Shown in pieces: positions 8,682 through 16,804 of a stretch of 64,000 nt of DNA. Both the position numbers and the translations under genes were made by a program. The notes below the pieces were generated by a model that searched no databases, was not told the origin of the DNA, and worked only from the letters and a program-made list of their open reading frames with translations. The stretch lies in NCBI GenBank assembly GCA_944358535.1, contig CALVRH010000003.1, positions 6,252 through 70,251 of the forward strand, read 5' to 3'. This DNA comes from an uncultured Bacilli bacterium. Its GTDB lineage: Bacteria > Bacillota_I > Bacilli_A > RF39 > UBA660. The stretch's first letter is position 1, and every line of letters starts with the position of its first letter.

Positions 8682-10124
8682 TTAGTTGATTTCAATATGA
8701 TTTAAGGTTTTAGAACTTGCTATTATTTCTACGCTGACGTCATTTAGGTGAGTATAATCATAGATTTTATTGTCTTTTAAGTTATTAATAAAATCTTTAT
8801 ATCTTTGTTTTTCACTATTATAACCACCGGTATATGCATAGGTTATGGAATAATAGTTATACGTTTTTTCACATAAATGTTTATCTTCTAGTGTTTCACA
8901 GTAGGTGCTTGAAAAATTATAATTTGGGTCATTATATGAATCTATTTTAATATTATCTTTATCATAAGTTAGTTTAATTTTAAATTGATTATCAGGCATG
9001 GTTTCATCAATAGTTTTAGTTATTTCACCACCTAGGCGAAAGTCAATATAAACATCTTTATCTGTGGTGTAACTTTTAGTTTCAGTTTCGGTTTTAAAAG
9101 AATTTGGGGCTTTATCAATATATTCAATATTTGTTATCATATCAATGAAAAACATTGTTCCAAATGCGGTAATAATTAAGCCAATGAAAAATGGAATGAT
9201 CGTGGTTTTTCCTTTAGAAAATGTTAGATTATAAATAAGCATGGTAAACCAAATAAATAAAGTGGATACACCTAATAGAAGTAAGGTAAGGCCAAATAAA
9301 TCAATACCTTTAATCCAGTAAAATATTGATATAAATAATCCAAATATGGTAGCTAAATCAATACAGAAAAATGGTAATAATATAAACAAGGTAATCCATA
9401 TTTTAACAATCAGTAATAGAACTGAACCAACGGTAGGACCATTTTTTTTGATTATTTTAACAGTTTTATCCTTTTTTTCAGATTCTTTTACTTTAGTATT
9501 GTTATTTTCTTCGGTGATATCTTCTTTTGTATCATCGGTTGTTTTTTTAAAATACTGTTTAAATAAAGCGATAATTATAAGAAGACCTGCGCCTAGATAA
9601 AGGGCGACAAATAATAGTAAGATAATTACTTTAATTAGGCCACTAAATGGGGAGAAAAATGTGTCAGCAAATGAAAATCCTAAATCTTTGAATATTCTAA
9701 AAGGAATAGTTAATATAGCTAATATAATAAATGTACAAAAAATTTTAATGATTATCTCAAAGACTAAGTTAAGGTTTCTTTCAGTGTCATTTTCTTTGAT
9801 GTTACTAGCAAAGTCTCTAGTCATATCGGCTAATTTGCTGGCACCTTTTTTTATAAGTTTTTCTCCTTCTTCAGTAATTTTACCAATATTGCTTTCTTTC
9901 TGACCATATTCAGGATTAATTTTATAAGCGTCTAGAATTTCGCTTACAAGTTCATCTAAATTACCAAAGTCTTTGACTGCTTCTTCTTCAGTTTGACCAT
10001 GTTTGACTTTTTCTTCAATGGTGTCTTTATATTCATCAATGATATCTTTTCTTTCCTTTTCATTTAAAATAGATAATTCTTTATCTAATTTTTTTAGAAA
10101 TTCATCTTTAGTCATTTTTTTCAC
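8682..10124 (-). CDS. DUF1700/HAAS-domain polytopic membrane protein partnered with PadR
   Basis: The N-terminus MTKDEFLKKLDKELSILNEKERKDIIDEYKDTIEEKVKHGQTEEEAVKDFG is a typical DUF1700 (HAAS) head. It is followed by about 6 TM segments and an extracytoplasmic tail. The gene overlaps the upstream padR stop. Confidence 0.6.
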   Translation of the reverse strand: MKKMTKDEFLKKLDKELSILNEKERKDIIDEYKDTIEEKVKHGQTEEEAVKDFGNLDELVSEILDAYKINPEYGQKESNIGKITEEGEKLIKKGASKLADMTRDFASNIKENDTERNLNLVFEIIIKIFCTFIILAILTIPFRIFKDLGFSFADTFFSPFSGLIKVIILLLFVALYLGAGLLIIIALFKQYFKKTTDDTKEDITEENNNTKVKESEKKDKTVKIIKKNGPTVGSVLLLIVKIWITLFILLPFFCIDLATIFGLFISIFYWIKGIDLFGLTLLLLGVSTLFIWFTMLIYNLTFSKGKTTIIPFFIGLIITAFGTMFFIDMITNIEYIDKAPNSFKTETETKSYTTDKDVYIDFRLGGEITKTIDETMPDNQFKIKLTYDKDNIKIDSYNDPNYNFSSTYCETLEDKHLCEKTYNYYSITYAYTGGYNSEKQRYKDFINNLKDNKIYDYTHLNDVSVEIIASSKTLNHIEIN

Positions 10125-10431
10125 TCTCCTTGATAAAATTATTTACAGAATCACTAAATTCAGTCCATCCTTTTTTTAATTCTTTGAGTCTTTTTTGTCC
10201 TAAAACTGTAATTTTATAATATTTTCTTGATGGTCCTTCGGATGATTCTTGTAAGTATGTTTCAAAATAGTTTTCATTGGTTAATCTTTTTAAAAGCGGA
10301 TAAATTGTGCCTTCGTTAACATCAACTACTTTGGATACTTCTAATACTAGCTCATAGCCATACATATCTCTTTTATCTACTGATACAAGAACAATTAATT
10401 CTAAAACGCCTTTTTTAAATTGTGAGTTCAT
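10108..10431 (-). CDS. PadR-family transcriptional regulator
   Basis: LELIVLVSVDKRDMYGYELVLEV...EGTIYPLLKRLTNENYFETYL...GPSRKYYKIT is a canonical PadR wHTH. Confidence 0.85.
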   Translation of the reverse strand: MNSQFKKGVLELIVLVSVDKRDMYGYELVLEVSKVVDVNEGTIYPLLKRLTNENYFETYLQESSEGPSRKYYKITVLGQKRLKELKKGWTEFSDSVNNFIKESEKND

Positions 10432-10576
10432 AAATCACCTCTTCAGTGACATTATATTCTAACTACCTTGTATTGTCAAGTACTAAATTATAAAAAGTAG
10501 TTATGTTTTTGTCAACTAAGGGAAAAATGATTGAAAATACCTCTTATTTGTAGTATACTTATTTTAATAGGAGGCT

Positions 10577-11128
10577 ATGAAAATGAACGATAAAAATCTT
10601 TTTAATGGAGATAGTTCTAAAACTTCTTATAACAATTTTTTGTTTGATTCAAAGTCGGAGGCAAGAACTAGAAAAAATTTAGAGGCTATTGAAAGTTTAT
10701 TTGGAGAATGGGACGATGAAGATAAAAATAATACAGGAGAATTTAGTTTAGATAGTCAAGTAAATTCAAACTTTGATTTTAATGATTCGCCAGCTATTCA
10801 AGATAGTTCATTTGATAGTGAGCCTTCTTTGTATACACCAAGTGATGATCCTTTAGAAAAAACAATGGAAATTAAAGATGTTAATTTGCAGGAAATGAAG
10901 GAATTACAAGCTAAGTTACATGAGCTATATGATGAGCCAGTTGAAGAAAAAACAGCTAGTGAAGGTCAAAGTCAAAATAAAGGTAAATCACTCGTTAAAG
11001 CGACAAAACAAGGTATTGCTTTCTCTAATGGAAGTATGACAAGAACATTTTTGGATTGTGTAGTATTATGTTTTATAACTGCTTCTATGGGTTATGGAAT
11101 GTTTATGTATATAATGACACATATTTAA
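10577..11128 (+). CDS. Hypothetical acidic protein with C-terminal TM anchor
   Basis: 183-aa ORF. It is low-complexity and acidic with a C-terminal hydrophobic segment CVVLCFITASMGYGMFMYI. Confidence 0.4.
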   Translation: MKMNDKNLFNGDSSKTSYNNFLFDSKSEARTRKNLEAIESLFGEWDDEDKNNTGEFSLDSQVNSNFDFNDSPAIQDSSFDSEPSLYTPSDDPLEKTMEIKDVNLQEMKELQAKLHELYDEPVEEKTASEGQSQNKGKSLVKATKQGIAFSNGSMTRTFLDCVVLCFITASMGYGMFMYIMTHI

Positions 11129-11192
11129 GGCTTTGGCCTTTTTTTTATTTCTTTTTTATTTTAAAATTACATATATTGTTACTGAGGTGTGA

Positions 11193-11888
11193 TTGATGTT
11201 TGAATTTTTAAAAAAGCTATTTAAAGATTTTTATCTTTTTACAGCTTCTTATTCTAATAATGTGTTCCCCGACCCTTTGTCTAAGGAAGATGAAGAAAAA
11301 TACATCAAACTAGCTAATATGGGAGATAAGGAGGCACGAAATAAACTAATTGAACATAATTTAAGATTAGTAGCTCATATAGTCAAAAAGTATGATCATG
11401 GTTCAGAGATGAGTGATGATTTAATAAGTATTGGAACAATTGGCCTTATTAAAGGGGTTGATAGTTACTCTTTTAAGCACAAAACAAGACTGACAACTTA
11501 CTGTGCGAGATGTATTGAAAACGAGGTTTTAATGTTTTTTAGGTCGGATAAGAAAAATAGCAAGAATATAAGTATTGATGAACCAATTGGTTTTGATAAA
11601 GAAGGAAATGCGATTACTTTTTTAGATATATTAAAAACGGATAAACCCGATTTTGCACTTGATTTACATATTCAGGATAATATTAAATTATTAAAGAAGT
11701 ATTTTCAAGTTTTAACTGATAGAGAAAAAGAAATTATTATTAAAAGATATGGGTTAGATGGCAAGGATGAAATAACTCAAAAGGAAATTGCGAAAGAACT
11801 TGGTATTTCTAGGAGTTATGTATCTAGAATAGAAAAAAGAGCACTTACGAAGATGCTTAGGGAGTTTATTCGCGATAAAAAAAGTTAG
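11193..11888 (+). CDS. sigK: Sporulation sigma factor, SigK-like, with N-terminal pro-sequence
   Basis: YSNNVFPDPLSKEDEEKYIKLANMGDKEARNKLIEHNLRLVAHIVKKY...LISIGTIGLIKGVDSY...TYCARCIENEVLMFFR closely parallels B. subtilis SigK (SigE is the next closest). The gene is uninterrupted. Confidence 0.8.
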   Translation: MMFEFLKKLFKDFYLFTASYSNNVFPDPLSKEDEEKYIKLANMGDKEARNKLIEHNLRLVAHIVKKYDHGSEMSDDLISIGTIGLIKGVDSYSFKHKTRLTTYCARCIENEVLMFFRSDKKNSKNISIDEPIGFDKEGNAITFLDILKTDKPDFALDLHIQDNIKLLKKYFQVLTDREKEIIIKRYGLDGKDEITQKEIAKELGISRSYVSRIEKRALTKMLREFIRDKKS

Positions 11889-12223
11889 GCTTTTTCTCTG
11901 CCTAAAATTAAATCAATGGAAAAGTTTTTATATATTTTACTTAAATTAAATAGAAAGCTTGTTGGAATTAAATAAATAGCGTTTTCATAATGCGCATAAG
12001 CTGATTGGCTGGTGTTTATTACCTCGGCCACTTCGCTTTGCGTTTTTTTGTTTTTAATTCTAATGTTTCTTAGATTCTTCCCTACTACCTTTAAATCAAT
12101 ATTAAGTGGCTTATATTTTTCGTTTGTATTTGTTAGGCCAAATAAATAATCTAAACTTAAATCGAATCTATTAGCAAATTCAATTAAGGGTGATGGTTCA
12201 GAAAATAATCCATATACAGCAAG
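11885..12223 (-). pseudogene. 5'-truncated XRE-family gene remnant (tail of one HTH plus a complete second HTH, no start codon)
   Basis: Hand translation of the minus strand between the in-frame stop at 12226-12224 and TAA at 11887-11885 gives LAVYGLFSEPSPLIEFANRFDLSLDYLFGLTNTNEKYKPLNIDLKVVGKNLRNIRIKNKKTQSEVAEVINTSQSAYAHYENAIYLIPTSFLFNLSKIYKNFSIDLILGREKA. The only in-frame ATG/GTG/TTG is an internal GTG. This is why the ORF track does not list it. Confidence 0.45.
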
Positions 12224-12236
12224 TTAAATATATAAT

Positions 12237-12267
12237 AAAAAGAAGACTTTTGATTAGTCTTCTTTTT
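12237..12267 (-). terminator. Intrinsic terminator of ileS
   Basis: Perfect 12-bp stem AAAAAGAAGACT / AGTCTTCTTTTT with a 7-nt loop. It overlaps the ileS stop codon. Confidence 0.7.
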
Positions 12268-15004
12268 CGTTTAATGTTTCTACAATTTCGTGACATCTTG
12301 GACATAGATGATTAGTTAAGTCAATTTCATTAAAGTAATTCCAACATCTTTCACATCTTTCGCCTTCAAATTTTTGAACTTGAACTCCAGAGTATTCATA
12401 TTTTGAAAGTTCTTCGGCGGTTAAAATAACGTCTGAGACAATTAATAATTGTTTTAAATGAGATAGAATTGGCTTTAATGTTTCTTTATCTTCATCTCTT
12501 AGTTTTAAGAATACTTTGGCTTCTAGAGATTTACCGATTATTTTTTCATTACGTGCTTCTTCTAAAGCTTTATAAACATCATCTTTAATTCCAAAGAACA
12601 AGTCAAACATTTCTTTTAATTCTACTTCATTTTTATATGTTTTTACTTCTGGGAAATTTTCTAGGTGAATACTCTTTTCTTTTTTACCTAGAATTAATTT
12701 ATATACTTCTTCACTAGTATATGGCAAGATTGGAGCCATTAATTTAATTAATGAAGTTAAAATTTCATATAAAACTGTTTGAACGCTTCTTCTTACATAA
12801 CTATCAGCTTTTTCAATATATAAAATATCTTTAGTAAAGTCTAGATAGAAGTTTGAAAGTGAATTTACATAATTATTAATGATTTTATAAATTTCATCAT
12901 AGTTATAATCATCATATTCTTTAATTATTTTAGAGATAATGTTATTTAGTTCAACTAACATATATTGATCAGCTGGTGGTAATTTATCATAATTTACTTT
13001 ATCAGTATCTGGGTTAAAGTCAAACAAGTTACCAAGCATAAATCTATAAGTATTTCTGATTTTTCTATATGATTCTTTTACTTGGGCGAGCAATTCATCA
13101 CTGAATCTAACATCCTCGGTATAATCAACACTAGCAACCCAAAGTCTTAGAATATCAGCTCCTTGTTTACCTACGACATCCATTGGTCTTACAATATTAC
13201 CAATTGATTTGCTCATTTTTAAACCTTTACCATCAAGGACAAAGCCTGCAGATATTAATTCTTTATATGGGCTATGACCACTATAGGCCATACTACAAAT
13301 TAATGATGAGTTAAACCAACCACGGTATTGGTCTGAGCCTTCTAGATAAACATCAGCTGGGTATGGTAATTTTCTTTCAAGCAAAGTGCCAGCCCAAGAT
13401 GTTCCAGAATCAAACCAAACGTCCATGATATCGGTTTCTTTGGTAAATTTACCGTTTGGACTAGCTGGGTTAGTATAATCTTTTGGGAGCAGGTCTTTAG
13501 CGTCCTTTTCAAACCAAATATTTGAACCATATTTCCTAAATAGTGAGGCAACATGCATCATGACATCATAGTCAACGATGGCTGAGCCATCTTCATTATA
13601 GAAAATTGGAATTGGAACACCCCATGCTCTTTGTCTAGAAATACACCAGTCTCCCCTATCTCTAATCATGTTATAGATTCTAGTTTTACCCCAATCAGTA
13701 TGAAATTTAACATTGGTATCTAATTCTTTTAAAATTTCATCTCTAATTTTATCGACACTACAGAACCATTGTTTAGTGGCTCTAAAGATGATTGGTTTTT
13801 TAGTACGCCAATCATGAGGATATGAGTGGGTAATTTTCTTTAATTTTAATAAATAACCATTTTCTTTTAACCATTTTGGGATTTCCTTATTAGCTTCTTC
13901 AACTGATAATCCTTTAAATATCCCAGACTCTTCGTTTAAAATACCTTGATCATTAACGCCATTAACCATGCCTAGGTTATATTTTTTGCCAATGACAAAG
14001 TCATCTTCACCATATGATGGAGCGGTATGAACTAGACCTGTTCCAGCATCTAAGGTTACATGGTCACCTGTGACAACTGGTGAAGTTCTATCCATGAATG
14101 GATGAGCATATTTTACTCCTTCTATATCACTACCTTTAAATGTTGAAACTTTTTTATAATTTTCAAAGCCAAATTCGTTCATTAAATCTTTTAATAAGTC
14201 AGTGGCAACAATATAATGTTCTTCTTCTACTTTGACTCTGGAATAATCAAAATTTTCACCAACACAAACGCCTAAATTACCTGGCAAAGTCCAAGGGGTA
14301 GTTGTCCAAATGACTAATTTATCTCCTTCTTTTACATGTTTATTTCCTTCAACAACTGTAAAGGCAACATAAATTGAAGGATCAGTTTTATCTTTATATT
14401 CGATTTCAGCTTCAGCTAAGGCGGTTTCGCTACTTGGTGACCAATATACTGGTTTTAGTCCTTGGAAGATTAAACCTTTTTCAGCCATTTTAGCGAATAC
14501 TTCGATTTGTCTAGCTTCGTATTCTGGTTTTAAAGTGATATACGGATGTTCCCAATCAGCAATAACGTTTAATTTTTTGAAATCATCCATTTGGGTTTGT
14601 ACTTGTTTTAGGGCATATTCTTTACAGTATTCTCTAAATTCAAAAGTACTCATTTTCTTTCTATCAATGCCACTATTAGTAACTGCTTGTTCAATTGGAA
14701 GGCCATGGGTATCCCATCCTGGAATATATTCAACATAATATCCTTCCATCATTTTAGAACGATTAATAAAGTCTTTTAAAATTTTGTTTAAAGAGTGACC
14801 TAAATGAATGTTTCCGTTAGCATACGGTGGGCCATCATGAAGAATAAATGGTTTATTACTTTTATTTTTATTTTTAATTAGGTTATACAAATCCATTTCA
14901 TTCCACTCTTCACGCTGTTTAACTTCATTTTCAGCTAAATTACCACGCATTTTAAATTCTGTTTTTGGCATTAATAATGTGTCTTTATAATCCATAAAAT
15001 ACAT
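12254..15004 (-). CDS. ileS: Isoleucyl-tRNA synthetase
   Basis: Class I signatures PYANGNIHLGH and KMSKS, plus C-terminal CxxC...CxxC zinc knuckles. The true start is probably the ATG at 14995 (MDYKDTLLMPKT). Confidence 0.95.
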   Translation of the reverse strand: MYFMDYKDTLLMPKTEFKMRGNLAENEVKQREEWNEMDLYNLIKNKNKSNKPFILHDGPPYANGNIHLGHSLNKILKDFINRSKMMEGYYVEYIPGWDTHGLPIEQAVTNSGIDRKKMSTFEFREYCKEYALKQVQTQMDDFKKLNVIADWEHPYITLKPEYEARQIEVFAKMAEKGLIFQGLKPVYWSPSSETALAEAEIEYKDKTDPSIYVAFTVVEGNKHVKEGDKLVIWTTTPWTLPGNLGVCVGENFDYSRVKVEEEHYIVATDLLKDLMNEFGFENYKKVSTFKGSDIEGVKYAHPFMDRTSPVVTGDHVTLDAGTGLVHTAPSYGEDDFVIGKKYNLGMVNGVNDQGILNEESGIFKGLSVEEANKEIPKWLKENGYLLKLKKITHSYPHDWRTKKPIIFRATKQWFCSVDKIRDEILKELDTNVKFHTDWGKTRIYNMIRDRGDWCISRQRAWGVPIPIFYNEDGSAIVDYDVMMHVASLFRKYGSNIWFEKDAKDLLPKDYTNPASPNGKFTKETDIMDVWFDSGTSWAGTLLERKLPYPADVYLEGSDQYRGWFNSSLICSMAYSGHSPYKELISAGFVLDGKGLKMSKSIGNIVRPMDVVGKQGADILRLWVASVDYTEDVRFSDELLAQVKESYRKIRNTYRFMLGNLFDFNPDTDKVNYDKLPPADQYMLVELNNIISKIIKEYDDYNYDEIYKIINNYVNSLSNFYLDFTKDILYIEKADSYVRRSVQTVLYEILTSLIKLMAPILPYTSEEVYKLILGKKEKSIHLENFPEVKTYKNEVELKEMFDLFFGIKDDVYKALEEARNEKIIGKSLEAKVFLKLRDEDKETLKPILSHLKQLLIVSDVILTAEELSKYEYSGVQVQKFEGERCERCWNYFNEIDLTNHLCPRCHEIVETLNEKED

Positions 15005-15597
15005 CTCCTTATTTTATTTTTGTTTTGTTTTGAATTAATTTTATCATTTATAAGTTTTTGATAATTATTTAAAAATTGTTCTAAATCACTTGAAGAAATG
15101 TTTTTTTGTCTAAATTCATCCCAAAAATTATTTATAACTTTTTTATCTTGAGTTAATGATTTAAAAAATTCATTAACTTTAGTGTAGATAATATCATCTT
15201 TACGATAATTTAAATAATATTCATATGATATTTTTTGAAAGTTTTGTTCATATATATATTGCTTTAGAGATTCTGTTACGATGATAAAACTTTCAGGATT
15301 TTGACAAGGAATAAAATCAATGGTGATTTCATTTTGAGCAAAGTCTTTATATATTCCGGTACCTTGAGCAATAGCCTTCATTAATTTTAAAACAAAGTCA
15401 ATACCAATTATTTCTGTGCCATGCGTGCCAGCAATAACAACTAAATGCTTATGACCATGACCAATTGAGTAATGCTCTATAGGAAAGCCACATGGTGAAA
15501 ATGCAATGGCAGGATGTTTTGTTACTTTGTTTTTATAGTTATTATGGGTTAATTCATATAAGTATTTATTTAATTTATCATAAGTGATAAAGAGCAT
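14971..15597 (-). CDS. M14 carboxypeptidase-like protein, short/degenerate (N-terminal half only)
   Basis: VVIAGTHGTEIIG carries the HxxE zinc motif and IPCQNPESF is NPxG-like. The 208-aa product has no candidate for the third zinc-ligand His. Its last codons overlap ileS. Confidence 0.5.
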   Translation of the reverse strand: MLFITYDKLNKYLYELTHNNYKNKVTKHPAIAFSPCGFPIEHYSIGHGHKHLVVIAGTHGTEIIGIDFVLKLMKAIAQGTGIYKDFAQNEITIDFIPCQNPESFIIVTESLKQYIYEQNFQKISYEYYLNYRKDDIIYTKVNEFFKSLTQDKKVINNFWDEFRQKNISSSDLEQFLNNYQKLINDKINSKQNKNKIRRCILWIIKTHY

Positions 15598-16790
15598 TAT
15601 TTAACTCCTTTTTTTATTCCACCACCATTATATTCACTTAAAATACTTGATGTAAAACTAGAGGTTTTTCTTTTTTCATTTTTATAGTCTTTGATTGCTG
15701 ATTTAATTAATTCATCGGTCAACGTTTTATAGTCTTTGCCTTTTGGAGTATATAAATAAAAGGCAAGTGAACCTGGAATAGTGTTTGGTTCGTTAACGTA
15801 TATTTCTTTAGTTTTTCTATTAACTAAAAAGTCTATACGACAAACACCTTTTAGGTTTAGCATTCTAAATACTTTCTTTGATATTTCATATATTTTCTTT
15901 TCCATTTCTTCTGAAATATTGGCAGGTACTTCAAATTCACTATTTGACATTGAATTTGGAGTTTTAACTGAACCTTTTAGACCTTTACCTTTTGCGCCAC
16001 CTAGGTATTTATCTTCAAAAGTTAAAAGTTCATGTTTCATTTTCATTTCAGCTATGAAACTTGTTTCAGAATATTCATAGTTACCACAAACTGCACAGTT
16101 TAATTCTTGTAGATTTGGAATCATTTCTTCGACAACTATTTTTCTTTCATATTCGGTGGCTTCTTCTATTTTTGTTTCTAATTCATCTTTATTATGAGCC
16201 ACACCAATACCAATAGTACTGCCTAGGTTAGCTGGTTTAACAATTACTGGATATCCTAGTTTTTCTATTTGATTTATGATATTTTCTTTATTCATGTTAT
16301 ATTCATAATCATAAAACCATACGTATTTTGGTGTTTTTATATTATTAGCTTCTAAAACTTGTTTTAAAACAGCTTTGTCTTGACCTAAAGCAGCTCCTAA
16401 GACTGAAGGCCCAACTACTGGAAGGTCTAATGTTTCGAGATAGCCAGCTAAAGATCCATCTTCAACACCTTTTCCATGAACAATTGGAAAAGCGACATCA
16501 ATGGTATTAACGTTTCTGCCAAATAAACCTTTGATTTTTTGCAAAACAATGTCATTTCCTTTACGACATATGGTTATTTCTTTGACATATTTTTTCATAC
16601 TATCAAAGTATTTGAATGTTTCCATATCTCTTAAGGCATTGCCTGTATAAAAATGACGGTCTTTACTAATATAAATAGGTATAATTTCATATTTTTCTTC
16701 ATCAATATTTTCCATGGCTTGGAGAGCTGAGATAATACTTACTTCGTGCTCTACTGAATCACCACCAAAGAATACTCCAATTTTAATCAT
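15597..16790 (-). CDS. ddl: D-alanine--D-alanine ligase family (ATP-grasp)
   Basis: IGVFFGGDSVEHEVSIISA, GEDG-like GKGVEDGSLAGYLE, VKPANLGSTIGI and EPNTIPG. Confidence 0.9.
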   Translation of the reverse strand: MIKIGVFFGGDSVEHEVSIISALQAMENIDEEKYEIIPIYISKDRHFYTGNALRDMETFKYFDSMKKYVKEITICRKGNDIVLQKIKGLFGRNVNTIDVAFPIVHGKGVEDGSLAGYLETLDLPVVGPSVLGAALGQDKAVLKQVLEANNIKTPKYVWFYDYEYNMNKENIINQIEKLGYPVIVKPANLGSTIGIGVAHNKDELETKIEEATEYERKIVVEEMIPNLQELNCAVCGNYEYSETSFIAEMKMKHELLTFEDKYLGGAKGKGLKGSVKTPNSMSNSEFEVPANISEEMEKKIYEISKKVFRMLNLKGVCRIDFLVNRKTKEIYVNEPNTIPGSLAFYLYTPKGKDYKTLTDELIKSAIKDYKNEKRKTSSFTSSILSEYNGGGIKKGVK

Positions 16791-16804
16791 TATAAATCAC
16801 TCCT

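Noticed and set aside
9346-9903. Two plus-strand ORFs (9346..9600 and 9661..9903) inside the DUF1700 membrane protein gene
   Set aside because: They are antisense to a well-supported gene. Their products are low-complexity and hydrophobic, typical of reverse-frame reading of A+T-rich membrane genes. They have no RBS.
11193-11888. Possibility that sigK is split by a skin-like element, as in B. subtilis
   Set aside because: The ORF is continuous through regions 2-4 (231 aa) with no intervening element.
13342-14738. Small ORFs 13342..13554 (-) and 14535..14738 (+) within ileS
   Set aside because: They are embedded in a highly conserved housekeeping gene, either out of frame or antisense. They carry no independent signals.
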